Origin: Gammaproteobacteria bacterium
GTDB lineage: Bacteria > Pseudomonadota > Gammaproteobacteria > JACCYU01
Reading direction: 5' to 3'
DNA: 64,000 nucleotides
Assembly (NCBI GenBank): GCA_036259115.1
Contig: DATACK010000339.1
Coordinates: forward strand, 4,997-68,996
Shown: one piece after another, positions 42,110-51,876 of the stretch
Position numbering within the stretch: position 1 is the first letter of the stretch
How the letters are laid out: every line of letters starts with the position of its first letter
Notes under the pieces: generated by a model
The model's input: only the letters and a program-made list of their open reading frames with translations
The model's database searches: none
Told to the model about the DNA's origin: nothing
Program-made: the position numbers and the translations under genes

Positions 42110-42537
42110 GTGCCAGAGACGGTCTCTTAAGATTGGGGGGCGGTATGCGCGCTCGAGACAAACAACGCGGCGCCTCTTTCATCTTCTGATTGGGGTATTG
42201 GCGGCGGCGGGATTTGCCTTCATTGTAGGCGTTAGATTGGCGCCGATATACATCAACGCCTATATACCGTTCGGTCGGTCTTAAGAGACGTGGCGGCTGG
42301 GGCTGATGGGCCAGGTGGAATGAACAGCGAGCCGAACATGATCTGGGGCAGCATTGGAAGCAATTGAATATCAATAATGTCGAATATCAATAATATAGAA
42401 AATCTTCCTAGAGACGATTTTAGCTACAGACACTTGGGATCAAATACGACCAAAAACAAGCTTATCGTTAGCCTTGACGCCGTGGCGATATTTGAGCCGG
42501 CCCGAACCCTAGCAGTTGGAGAGCACGCACTAGCACC

Positions 42538-43218
42538 ATGATGAATCAACCTCTAGCGCAATGGCTAGACCCCAACATGCTTGCATCCCCGCTGCTTACC
42601 GAGGCGATAACACACCGAAGTGCAGGCGGTAATAACAACGAGCGACTCGAATATCTGGGCGACGCAGTACTTGGTATGATTATCGCCGAACACCTGTTTC
42701 ACACCCACAAGAATGCCAAGGAAGGCGACTTAAGTCGACTGCGTGCCTGTCTGGTGCGTAAAGAAACACTAGCCGCGATCGCCAAGGAGCAGCAACTAGG
42801 GGAGGCGATAGTGCTTGGCCCAGGCGAACTCAAAAGCGGCGGGCATCGCCGGGACACGATTCTCGCCGATGCGTTGGAGGCCGTGGTGGGTGCGGTCTAT
42901 CTGACTAGAGGATTGGACTGTGTTAGATCGTTTGTACTCGGATTGTTTCATTCGCGCATCGCGAGTCTCCCGCACGCCGAGGAGTTGAAAGATCCTAAGA
43001 CCCGGCTGCAGGAGTATCTACAATCACAAAATCTGCCGCTCCCTGAATACCATTTACACGAGGTCAGCGGCGAATCCCACGCGCAACATTTTACAATACG
43101 CTGTCATATACGCAGTCCCACCATAGAGACTATCGGTGAGGGCAGTTCCAAACGCGCGGCAGCACAGGAGGCGGCACGTAAGGCACTGGATCTTATCGAT
43201 GATAGACATGCCGATTGA
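42538..43218 (+). CDS. rnc: Ribonuclease III.
   Basis: RNase III signature ERLEYLGDAVLG and a C-terminal dsRBD. It overlaps the era start. Confidence 0.92.
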   Translation: MMNQPLAQWLDPNMLASPLLTEAITHRSAGGNNNERLEYLGDAVLGMIIAEHLFHTHKNAKEGDLSRLRACLVRKETLAAIAKEQQLGEAIVLGPGELKSGGHRRDTILADALEAVVGAVYLTRGLDCVRSFVLGLFHSRIASLPHAEELKDPKTRLQEYLQSQNLPLPEYHLHEVSGESHAQHFTIRCHIRSPTIETIGEGSSKRAAAQEAARKALDLIDDRHAD

Positions 43219-44119
43219 ATACGAAGACAACACGCAAAAGACACGCAGTGGGTATTGCGCGATTATCGGCCGCTCCAACGTAGGCAAGTCGACCCTCTTA
43301 AATAAGCTGATTGGCGCATGGATCTCGTCTACCGCCGGCAAGCCTCAGACGACGCGCCAGAAGATCTGCGGTATTTTGACAGAGCAGGACGCACAGATCG
43401 TATTTATTGATACCCCCGGCATTCACCTCAAGGAGACTCATCGGCTCAATACCGCGATGAATAAGGCGGCTATCGCAAGTTTGGATGCTGCCGATGTCAT
43501 ACTATTCGTGATTGAGGTTAACGAGTGGCATACAGAGGAAGATCGGATTCTGGAACTGCTGGCTGGTGCGAACAAACCGTGCCTGTTGTGTGTCAATAAG
43601 ATAGATAAGTTGCGCGATAGGCGCGACCTGCTGCCCGTGTTGGCGCAACTCAGTCGTAAGTTTCAGTTCGCTGCGTTGGTGCCTGTCTCTGCTGTTGGGG
43701 GAGATAATCTGACCTCACTAAAGTTAGAAGTACGCAAACTGCTTCCACACTCGCAAGGTTATATTTTCCCCGAGGACCAGCTTTCCGACCGCGATGTGCG
43801 CTTTATTATGGCGGAGATGATAAGGGAGCAATTGACGCGCAGCTTGGAAGAAGAATTGCCCTATGCGGTCTATGTAGAAATAGCTTTATACGAGGAGCGT
43901 GCTGAGTGCGTGTCTATATCCGCGATCATTTGGGTAGCGCGCAACAGTCACAAGGCCATCGTTATTGGAAGATCAGGCAATATGCTAAAAAAGATCGGGA
44001 GCCGTACGCGGGCCTCGATCGAGCGTTTTTTAGGTAAGCGATGCCATCTGAAGCTATGGGTAAAAGTGAAACCTAACTGGCAGGATGATCCGCGCATCGT
44101 AAGCAGACTCACGGCATAG
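43199..44119 (+). CDS. era: GTPase Era.
   Basis: G1 motif GRSNVGKST, DTPG, NKID, and a KH domain at the C-terminus. The start is ATG 43199 or 43208, both overlapping the rnc stop. Confidence 0.9.
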   Translation: MIDMPIEYEDNTQKTRSGYCAIIGRSNVGKSTLLNKLIGAWISSTAGKPQTTRQKICGILTEQDAQIVFIDTPGIHLKETHRLNTAMNKAAIASLDAADVILFVIEVNEWHTEEDRILELLAGANKPCLLCVNKIDKLRDRRDLLPVLAQLSRKFQFAALVPVSAVGGDNLTSLKLEVRKLLPHSQGYIFPEDQLSDRDVRFIMAEMIREQLTRSLEEELPYAVYVEIALYEERAECVSISAIIWVARNSHKAIVIGRSGNMLKKIGSRTRASIERFLGKRCHLKLWVKVKPNWQDDPRIVSRLTA

Positions 44120-44125
44120 AATGTC

Positions 44126-44833
44126 ATGCCCAGGGTGATTCACGAACCAGCCTTTTTGTTGCACGCAAGGGCATATCGAGAAACCAGTGCCTTGCTGGAG
44201 ATGCTGACGCGCAACCACGGCCGGGTAGGATTGATCTATAAGGGTGCGAAGCGCTCGCACAAACGCGCCGCGTCCCTGCAACCTTTTTGTAAGCTTAGCC
44301 TGTCATGGAGTGGCAGGGGAGAGTTATACACGTTGATGGATCTTGAGATGCGTGGTATGGGCCAGCTTGTCACGCCCCGGCTCAAGATCTGCGGTTTGTA
44401 TCTCAATGAATTGATCATGAATCTGGTCCCCCGGAACAGTCCCAGCGAAGCGCTGTATCACTGCTACGAAACAGCACTGGGCGAACTGAGTTCAGGCGCA
44501 GCGCTCGAGCCGACGCTGCGCCAGTTCGAGCTGTACCTGTTGAGGCTGAGCGGGTATGGACCGCAACTGGAATATGAGGCTACAAGCGACGAAACAATTA
44601 GCCGGGAGTCGTACTATTATTACGATAACGAAAGAGGGCCAGTCTTAGCGCCGCCGAATGCCGCGCAGTCCTCTCTCGTCAGCGGTCGCACCTTGCTTGC
44701 ACTGCAGGCAGCACAGTTACCGGATGCCACTGCGGCTAAGGAATCTAAGCGCTTGTTGCGTAGTATCATTGATTATCAACTGCGCGGAAAATCCCTGCTC
44801 AGCCGTGAGATCATGAAGTACCTGGTTGACTGA
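44126..44833 (+). CDS. recO: DNA repair protein RecO.
   Basis: 235 aa in the canonical position after era. The N-terminal OB-fold region (AFLLHARAYRETS) is consistent with RecO. Confidence 0.8.
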   Translation: MPRVIHEPAFLLHARAYRETSALLEMLTRNHGRVGLIYKGAKRSHKRAASLQPFCKLSLSWSGRGELYTLMDLEMRGMGQLVTPRLKICGLYLNELIMNLVPRNSPSEALYHCYETALGELSSGAALEPTLRQFELYLLRLSGYGPQLEYEATSDETISRESYYYYDNERGPVLAPPNAAQSSLVSGRTLLALQAAQLPDATAAKESKRLLRSIIDYQLRGKSLLSREIMKYLVD

Positions 44834-44895
44834 TGCGCAATGTGCGCATCAGTCAACCAGTTACGCATGCGTTTATCAACTGAAATACTCACCTT

Positions 44896-45639
44896 ATGAC
44901 TATCTATGAACCATTACGGCTCGGTGTGAATCTCGACCACGTCGCTACGCTCAGACAGGCGAGATTCACGCCTTATCCTCACTTGATGGAAGCGGTCAGG
45001 ATCGTAGAGCGCGCTGGCGCAGACGGCATTACTCTACACCTGCGAGAGGATCGTCGGCATGTCCAGACAGAGGATATTTACGCAGCGCGGGAAATGATAA
45101 CTACGACGTTAAACCTCGAAATGGCCGCCACTGACGAGATGACGGCTATCGCGCGGGACGTACAGCCCGACTACTGCTGCCTCGTGCCGGAGCGTCGCGA
45201 GGAACTGACCACCGAGGGGGGGCTGGATCTGGCCCGTCATCAGCCTCGCTTAACTGAGATCTGTCAGAGACTCGCAGCGGTCGACATTAAGGTCTCATTG
45301 TTCATCGAGCCCACGGTTACGGCGATCGATCTAGCGCTTAAGATCGGTGCCCCAATCGTGGAGTTGCATACTGGCACCTATGCCAGTGCGAGCGGTGCGC
45401 AGCAAGTGCTAGCGCTCGAGCGGATTCAGCAGGCGGCGGCCCATGCCGCCGATGCCGGACTCCAGGTCAATGCCGGCCATGGTTTGCACTACGACAATGT
45501 CGCACAGATCGCCGCCATCCCCGTACTGAAGGAACTCAATATCGGCCACGCAATTGTGGCCAGAGCGCTGTTCGTAGGCCTTAGTAAAGCAGTATCCGAA
45601 ATGAAGCAGGCGATGAATATAGTCCGAGGCCTTCGTTAG
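44896..45639 (+). CDS. pdxJ: Pyridoxine 5'-phosphate synthase.
   Basis: The N-terminus LGVNLDHVATLRQAR and the TLHLREDRRH motif are PdxJ hallmarks. 247 aa. Confidence 0.92.
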   Translation: MTIYEPLRLGVNLDHVATLRQARFTPYPHLMEAVRIVERAGADGITLHLREDRRHVQTEDIYAAREMITTTLNLEMAATDEMTAIARDVQPDYCCLVPERREELTTEGGLDLARHQPRLTEICQRLAAVDIKVSLFIEPTVTAIDLALKIGAPIVELHTGTYASASGAQQVLALERIQQAAAHAADAGLQVNAGHGLHYDNVAQIAAIPVLKELNIGHAIVARALFVGLSKAVSEMKQAMNIVRGLR

Positions 45640-45752
45640 GGACAGCAGTTGTTTGCTGCTGTTGTGGCCTGCGCGGCGCATATCGCAGGGTGTAAGCACA
45701 GGTTGTTTCCCTTAGAATGATTTCTTCGCCAGCCAAGTCGGCCCAGATATTA

Positions 45753-46643
45753 ATGAGCTTTCCGACCCTCGAATCCTTTGTGGGCAATACCCCGCTGGTG
45801 CGCTTGCAGCGCATGACCGGCGAGACCTCGAACACTATTCTCGCGAAGCTGGAAGGGAATAATCCCGCCGGCTCGGTCAAGGATCGACCCGCTTTAAGCA
45901 TGATCAAACATGCACAGGAACGCGGTGAGATCCATCCGGGCGACACCTTGATCGAAGCCACCAGCGGCAATACCGGCATCGCGCTCGCTATGGCGGCCGC
46001 CATCATGGGCTATCATATAGTGCTCATCATGCCCGAGAGCATGAGCGCTGAACGCCGTGCTACTATGAAGGCCTTCGGCGCAGAAATCATACTCGTCTCT
46101 AAAGACGACGGCATGGAGGGGGCACGTGATCTCGCGCAGCGGCTGGCTGAGGAGAGCAAGGGCCGAGTGCTCGATCAATTCGCCAATCTGGACAATCCGC
46201 GCTCGCATTATGAAGGCACTGGCCCCGAGATCTGGAAAGATACCTATGGTCGGATTACCCATTTCGTCAGCTCGATGGGCACCACTGGTACCATCGTGGG
46301 TGTATCGCGGTTCTTAAAAGAAAAGAATGCGGATATTCAAATCATTGGGGTACAGCCTAAGGAAGGCTCTCGCATACCGGGTATTCGGTGTTGGCCAGAA
46401 GCCTATCTGCCCAAGATCTATCAGCCTGAGTGTGTGGACCGTATCATCGAGGTCGATGAGGCCGAGGCCGAGGGGACGATGCGGCGTATGGCCGTAGAGG
46501 AGGGCATCTTCTGCGGTATTTCATCAGGCGGCGCGGTAGCAGCAGCCTTGCGGTTATCGGAAGAGGTGGAACACACGCTCATCGTGGTTATCATCTGCGA
46601 CCGCGGTGACCGCTATATCTCCACGGGTGTTTTCCCGGCGTAA
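45753..46643 (+). CDS. cysM: Cysteine synthase B-like (O-acetylserine sulfhydrylase, PLP-dependent).
   Basis: Near-colinear with E. coli CysM from memory (GNTPLVRLQRM, LEGNNPAGSVKDRPALSMI, TSGNTGIALAM, SSMGTTGTI). Start taken at MSFPTLES; the ORF-track start is 45717. Confidence 0.85.
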   Translation: MSFPTLESFVGNTPLVRLQRMTGETSNTILAKLEGNNPAGSVKDRPALSMIKHAQERGEIHPGDTLIEATSGNTGIALAMAAAIMGYHIVLIMPESMSAERRATMKAFGAEIILVSKDDGMEGARDLAQRLAEESKGRVLDQFANLDNPRSHYEGTGPEIWKDTYGRITHFVSSMGTTGTIVGVSRFLKEKNADIQIIGVQPKEGSRIPGIRCWPEAYLPKIYQPECVDRIIEVDEAEAEGTMRRMAVEEGIFCGISSGGAVAAALRLSEEVEHTLIVVIICDRGDRYISTGVFPA

Positions 46644-46671
46644 TCATCACTTATAGTAGGGGCCCTGCCGC

Positions 46672-47439
46672 GTGAATGTGCTGGTGTTTGATATTGAGAC
46701 TGTGCCCGACGTGCCGACCGGCAGGCGATTGTATGGGCTGCAGGGCATCCCTGATCGTGATGTCGCGCATGCCATGATGCATCTGCGGGCTCAACAAGCA
46801 GGGCGCGGGTTTCTTCCGCATCATCTGCAACGCATCGTCGCCATCTCCATCGCGCTGCGCAGGGACGATGTGTTTAAGCTGTGGTCGCTGGGCGATAAGG
46901 ATTCGGCGGAAGCGGAATTGCTGCGGCGTTTTTATGATGGTGTCGAGCGCTTCAATCCGGTGCTTGTGTCTTGGAACGGGTGCGCATTCGATCTGCCGGT
47001 CATCCATTATCGTTCGCTGCTGCATGGTGTGGCGGCGCCACGCTACTGGGATACCGGTGAGGCGGATTCCAGCTTCCGCTACAATAATTATCTAAATCGC
47101 TTTCACTGGCGACACATCGACCTAATGGACGTGCTGGCCGGCTACAATGTACGCGCGTTCGCACCCCTAGATCAGATCGCTGCAATGCTGGGGCTGCCCG
47201 GCAAGATGGGGATGAGTGGCGTTAAGGTGTGGGAGGCTTTTCAAGCCGGGGACATCACTGCCATCCGCGATTATTGCGAAACCGATGTCCTCAGTACCTA
47301 TCTGATCTACCTGCGTTTCGAGATGCTGCGCGGTCAGCTCAGCACTGAGGTTTATCAGCAAGAATGCCAACGCGCGCGCGATGCTCTTGCTGCGATGAAG
47401 CGACCGCACTTAAACGAGTTTCTGGCGTATTGGCAATAG
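46672..47439 (+). CDS. RNase-H-fold 3'-5' exonuclease-like protein (PolB-exo-like / COG3298-type).
   Basis: An N-terminal DEDD-like motif VLVFDIETVPD, followed by a second acidic block (SWNGCAFDLPV) and a third (YCETDV). 255 aa. Confidence 0.55.
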   Translation: MNVLVFDIETVPDVPTGRRLYGLQGIPDRDVAHAMMHLRAQQAGRGFLPHHLQRIVAISIALRRDDVFKLWSLGDKDSAEAELLRRFYDGVERFNPVLVSWNGCAFDLPVIHYRSLLHGVAAPRYWDTGEADSSFRYNNYLNRFHWRHIDLMDVLAGYNVRAFAPLDQIAAMLGLPGKMGMSGVKVWEAFQAGDITAIRDYCETDVLSTYLIYLRFEMLRGQLSTEVYQQECQRARDALAAMKRPHLNEFLAYWQ

Positions 47440-47476
47440 CCGGGGACATTCGGGGTGGGAAGACCCCAGGGTTTAT

Positions 47477-48616
47477 TCATGCCATGAGCTTAACCAGGAT
47501 GCGCGTGTAGATCCTGGACAGCACATCCAAATCGGCCGCCCGTACGTGCTCGTCGATCTTGTGGATGCTAGCATTGACCGGGCCGAGCTCTACGACCTCC
47601 GCGCCAGTAGGCGCGATGAAGCGCCCATCCGAGGTACCGCCGGCTGTTGACAGCCTGGTTTCCAATCCCGTGATCTCGCGTATTGAGGTTTTACAAGCGG
47701 TGATCAGTTCTCCTTCTCGTGTGAGGAACGGCTGACCAGAGGGTTTCCATGCGATGTCGTAGTGCAAGCCATGTTCATCTAACAAGGCTTGTACGCGCGC
47801 TTTGAGTGCTTCTTCTGTCACCGCAGTCGAGTACCGGAAGTTGAATAGCACGTCCAGTTCTCCCGGAATCACATTGTTTGCGCCAGTGCCGGCATTGATG
47901 TTGGAGATCTGGAAAGCGGTCGGTGGAAATTCTGCGCTGCCACGATCCCACCCCGTATTCACCAGCGCAGCAAGCGCCGGCGCGGACCGGTGGATCGGAT
48001 TGTCGGCCCGGTGCGGATGGGCTACGTGACCCTGATGACCGTGAATACGCAAGAAACCATCCAGTGATCCACGCCGGCCGTTCTTGATGACATCACCTAC
48101 GATCTCTTCACTCGAGGGTTCACCGATCAAGCACCAGTCGATCTTCTCACCTCGTTTTTCAAGTATTCTAATGACGTGTGCTGTGCCTTCAATCGACGGA
48201 CCTTCCTCATCGCTGGTGATGAGCAACGCCACAGAGCCTTTGTGATTCGGATAAGCACATACGAACGTCTGGCAAGCAATGACCATCGCGGCGATGCTGC
48301 CCTTCATGTCGGCCGCGCCACGTCCGTAGAGATTACCGTCTTGCAAAATCGGCTCAAACGGGGGATTACGCCATTTTTCTAGCGGCCCGGGCGGCACCAC
48401 GTCCGTGTGACCGGCGAATACGAACAGCGGCCGCTTGCGGCCACGCCGTAGCCAGGTATTCGTTACCACACCGGACGACATCGGCTCGGCTGTGAAACCG
48501 AATTTTGTCAGTCGCTCGCTCAAGATCTGCTGGCATCCTGCGTCATTAGGCGTTACCGATGCACGTGCCATCAGCTGACATGCGAGCGCCGCGGTCGTGT
48601 CGGCCATGTCAGTCAT
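47477..48616 (-). CDS. dapE: Succinyl-diaminopimelate desuccinylase (M20 family).
   Basis: M20 metal-ligand pattern (AGHTDVVP, GRGAADMKG, SDEEG). 379 aa, consistent with DapE. Confidence 0.88.
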   Translation of the reverse strand: MTDMADTTAALACQLMARASVTPNDAGCQQILSERLTKFGFTAEPMSSGVVTNTWLRRGRKRPLFVFAGHTDVVPPGPLEKWRNPPFEPILQDGNLYGRGAADMKGSIAAMVIACQTFVCAYPNHKGSVALLITSDEEGPSIEGTAHVIRILEKRGEKIDWCLIGEPSSEEIVGDVIKNGRRGSLDGFLRIHGHQGHVAHPHRADNPIHRSAPALAALVNTGWDRGSAEFPPTAFQISNINAGTGANNVIPGELDVLFNFRYSTAVTEEALKARVQALLDEHGLHYDIAWKPSGQPFLTREGELITACKTSIREITGLETRLSTAGGTSDGRFIAPTGAEVVELGPVNASIHKIDEHVRAADLDVLSRIYTRILVKLMA

Positions 48617-49001
48617 AGCGAGTCATTCAGGTCTTTGATGTTAAGAAAATTCTGATTGATTCCTATTCGGGTAACGCCGACGGCGCTTTGCGGTCCGCGC
48701 CCTGCCTGGGAAGCAGCCCGTACCAAACCGCCGCGTGAGCCTGTTTTCGCCGTTCGGTACAGCCACGCCATCTTTGGTGTAGCGTTCGTTGCTTGTAACG
48801 CGCCCATGCCCGGACGGTTGCGGTTTCAGGGCCGCTGCTCACCCATACTTTCTTTGCTTCAGGCCAAGGTTGCCGTTTCTTGGCAACCCGTTCGCTGCTT
48901 GAATACAGCTTATCAGTGATGCCTGTGCAAGACGGTGCTTCGCACCCTTGTAACCTTAATAAATCTCCCAATCAGAGACCTCTTAAGGTATGGGCCTTTC
49001 G

Positions 49002-49421
49002 TTAGACATGCGCATCCTTGGCAACACGGTCGTCGATGCGCTCGGCCTTGACGACCAGGTGCTTGAGGCAGACGTCTTCTAACCGCTGACTCATCTGGCG
49101 TTTTGCCTCTGCCTTGGTGTCCGTCGGACAGAATACGGCGCGCGCCATGGCGGTATGGCCTACGAGGCTTTTGTTGTACACGGCTTCTATGTGAACAAAG
49201 ATATGCTTGGCAGTCTCGTCCGTATGATTGAAAGGGAAAAAGTGGGTCTTAAATTTGCTGTTGATCCGCTCGATCACCGCACCATAGCCATAGATTACTT
49301 TATAGAAAAGACCGAGGACATAAGCGCGCCTATAGTCGGCGATGGCCTCGTAGAAGGCAATGTAATAACGCAGGGCTTGCCGGAAAGAGATCATGGGATC
49401 ACGTAGCGCGAGCGAGATCAC
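49002..49421 (-). CDS. Hypothetical protein, no recognisable motif.
   Basis: 139-aa ORF isolated between two ~400-bp ORF-poor stretches. I could not tell whether it is truly coding. Confidence 0.3.
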   Translation of the reverse strand: MISLALRDPMISFRQALRYYIAFYEAIADYRRAYVLGLFYKVIYGYGAVIERINSKFKTHFFPFNHTDETAKHIFVHIEAVYNKSLVGHTAMARAVFCPTDTKAEAKRQMSQRLEDVCLKHLVVKAERIDDRVAKDAHV

Positions 49422-49824
49422 CGCGTCTTTTGGCTTGCGCAGCGGGGCAAGGTTGGGAATGTAACACCGCGCTGCGGATCACCGGCGCCGGGGCATGAAG
49501 ATGAGCTGCTATGCGCACGGGCTTACGCTTCGCCTGTAGGAGCCGATAACGGCGAACGAGTTGGGTACTCGGGTGTCCCTCGATGACAAGTTAGGTCTGC
49601 GGGCTCACGATTTGGCGAGAAGTGCCCCGGGCCAGACGATAGAGCCGAAAAAGATGGCTGGGTGCGGATCTACGTGCATCTGTACCCACTCTTCCAGCCT
49701 ATAGAAGCCAGTGGAGCGCTCCAAGGCAAAGGGCAAAAGGCTCACGCGCCTACCCGCAGGCCGGCGTTTGCGTGGCGAGCTGTCATCTGTGCCCTACGAG
49801 TTTCATGCTTGGGTGTCACTTCGT

Positions 49825-50649
49825 TCAATTGGCGGTTCGTAATAGTTCGTTTAATCCCACTTTCGCACGTGTCTTCGCATCTACTTTCTTGACGATCACG
49901 GCGCAGTAAAGGCTGTATTTTCCGTCTGCAGCGGGTAAATTGCCGGAGACGACTACTGATCCCGCTGGCACGCGGCCATGGATGATTTCGTCGCGCTCGC
50001 GGTCGTATATACGGGTGCTTTGGCCGATGTACACCCCCATCGAGATCACCGTGCCGGCTTCCACGACCACGCCCTCCACGATCTCCGAGCGTGCGCCGAT
50101 GAAACAATTATCCTCGATAATCGTTGGCGCCGCCTGCAATGGCTCCAGTACACCGCCGATACCTACGCCGCCGGAGAGATGCACGTTCTTGCCAATCTGC
50201 GCGCAAGAGCCGACCGTAGCCCAGGTGTCGACCATGGTGCCCGAATCGACATACGCGCCGATATTGACATAGGATGGCATCAATACTACATCAGGCGCGG
50301 TGTAGGCGCCCCTGCGCACGGTGGCGGGCGGCACCACTCTAACGCCGCTCTCGCTAAAGTCGCGCGCGCTGACCTCGGCGTATTTGAGGCGAACTTTGTC
50401 AAAATAGTTGGTAAACCCACCGCTGATGAAGCGGTTTTCCTCAATGCGAAAGGACAGCAGCACGGCTTTTTTGAGCCACTCGTTAACTATCCACCGACCC
50501 TGCCTTTTCTCCGCTACTCGCACTTGGCCAGCATCTAACTGCGTTATGGCCTCAAACACGGCTTCTTTAATCGGCATGCTCACATTGCGCGGCGTGAGTT
50601 CGGCCCTACGCTCAAAGGCGTCATCGATGATGGTTCTTATATCGCTCAT
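49825..50649 (-). CDS. dapD: 2,3,4,5-tetrahydropyridine-2,6-dicarboxylate N-succinyltransferase.
   Basis: Matches DapD from memory ([20 protein letters not shown]). Hexapeptide-repeat left-handed beta-helix region ([36 protein letters not shown]). ATG at 50649 preferred over the GTG at 50661, which overlaps the dapC stop. Confidence 0.9.
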   Translation of the reverse strand: MSDIRTIIDDAFERRAELTPRNVSMPIKEAVFEAITQLDAGQVRVAEKRQGRWIVNEWLKKAVLLSFRIEENRFISGGFTNYFDKVRLKYAEVSARDFSESGVRVVPPATVRRGAYTAPDVVLMPSYVNIGAYVDSGTMVDTWATVGSCAQIGKNVHLSGGVGIGGVLEPLQAAPTIIEDNCFIGARSEIVEGVVVEAGTVISMGVYIGQSTRIYDRERDEIIHGRVPAGSVVVSGNLPAADGKYSLYCAVIVKKVDAKTRAKVGLNELLRTAN

Positions 50650-50660
50650 GTGCGCCCCCA

Positions 50661-51857
50661 CTAGAGACTCTCGAGAAATATCCTTATGCGTTCAGCCGCT
50701 TCCACACATTCCTTGAGCGGTGCCACCAGCGCGATCCTCACCCGTTTGCTGCCAGGGTCGCGGCCGTTGAATGCGCGCGACAGAAAGCTGCCGGGCAGAA
50801 CCGTTACGTTTTGCCGCACGTACAATTCACGCGTAAAGCGCTGATCGTCCATCGGCGTGGACGGCCAAAGATAAAAGCCTCCCGCAGGATGCTGAACCTG
50901 CATAACCGGTGCGAGGATCTCAACGACCGCATCGAACTTCTCACGATAAAGCCGACGATTTTCTGCAACATGCGTCTCGTCCATCCACGCGGCAGCGCTC
51001 GCGGCCTGGATCGGCGGCGGCATGGAGCACCCGTGATACGTGCGATAGCGGGCGAACTGGGAGATCAAACGCGCATCGCCACCCACGAAACCGGAACGCA
51101 GGCCTGGTGCGTTGGAACGCTTCGAAAGACTGTGAAAAACCAGACAGCGGCGGTATGCTGTGTTGCCTATGCGCGCCGCTGCGCCTAATAATCCCGGTGG
51201 CGGATTGTTGTCATCCAGATAGATCTCCGCGTAGCACTCGTCGCTGGCGATTACAAAGTCATACGCGTCCGCCAATTCGATGGCTCTTTGTAACGCGGAC
51301 TCACGCATAACCGCGCCGGTTGGATTACTCGGCGTGCACAGATAGAGTAATTGACAGCGCCTCCATACGTTCGGTCGCACCGCTTCCAAATCGGGCAGAA
51401 AGCCGTTGCGCCGATCGCATTCCAGGTAAATCGGCTCAGCGCCAGAGAGCAGCGCCGCACCCTCGTAGATCTGGTAACACGGGTTCGGCATTAGAACCAG
51501 TGCATCGCGGCTGGAATCTACCACACACTGCGCGATGGCGAACAAGGCCTCGCGCGTGCCGTTGACTGGCAAGACGTGGGCATCTGGATCGATGCTGTTA
51601 TGCGGCAGAACAAAGCGCCACCGCAACCATGCGGCTATGGCCGCGCGCAGCCGTTCACTTGCGCGGATGACCGGATAATGGGCGAGGCCACCGAGATGAT
51701 TCGTGAGTGCGTTGCGAATAAGCGCGGGGGTCGCGTGCTTGGGTTCGCCGACGGATAGGATAATGGGCCGAAGATCCGCTGGCGGCCGCGCGTCACGCTT
51801 AAGCACCATGAGCCTTTCGAATGGATAAGGCTGTAGCAGGTGCAGACGCGGATTCAT
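50661..51857 (-). CDS. dapC: PLP-dependent aminotransferase, probably succinyldiaminopimelate aminotransferase (DapC type).
   Basis: Class I aminotransferase fold with a conserved Lys region ([15 protein letters not shown]). Located immediately upstream of dapD, as for dapC in Pseudomonas/Bordetella-type loci. Confidence 0.75.
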   Translation of the reverse strand: MNPRLHLLQPYPFERLMVLKRDARPPADLRPIILSVGEPKHATPALIRNALTNHLGGLAHYPVIRASERLRAAIAAWLRWRFVLPHNSIDPDAHVLPVNGTREALFAIAQCVVDSSRDALVLMPNPCYQIYEGAALLSGAEPIYLECDRRNGFLPDLEAVRPNVWRRCQLLYLCTPSNPTGAVMRESALQRAIELADAYDFVIASDECYAEIYLDDNNPPPGLLGAAARIGNTAYRRCLVFHSLSKRSNAPGLRSGFVGGDARLISQFARYRTYHGCSMPPPIQAASAAAWMDETHVAENRRLYREKFDAVVEILAPVMQVQHPAGGFYLWPSTPMDDQRFTRELYVRQNVTVLPGSFLSRAFNGRDPGSKRVRIALVAPLKECVEAAERIRIFLESL

Positions 51858-51876
51858 CATAGCTTTGCTTAGCCTT

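Noticed and set aside
48617-49001. RNase P RNA or 6S RNA in the GC-rich dapE-flanking non-coding stretch.
   Set aside because: The universally conserved rnpB motifs (GGAAAGTCCGG... and ACAGAAACCCGGCTTA) are absent. The ggtaacgcc resemblance is too short to matter. There is no 6S-like central bubble architecture and no ygfA neighbour.
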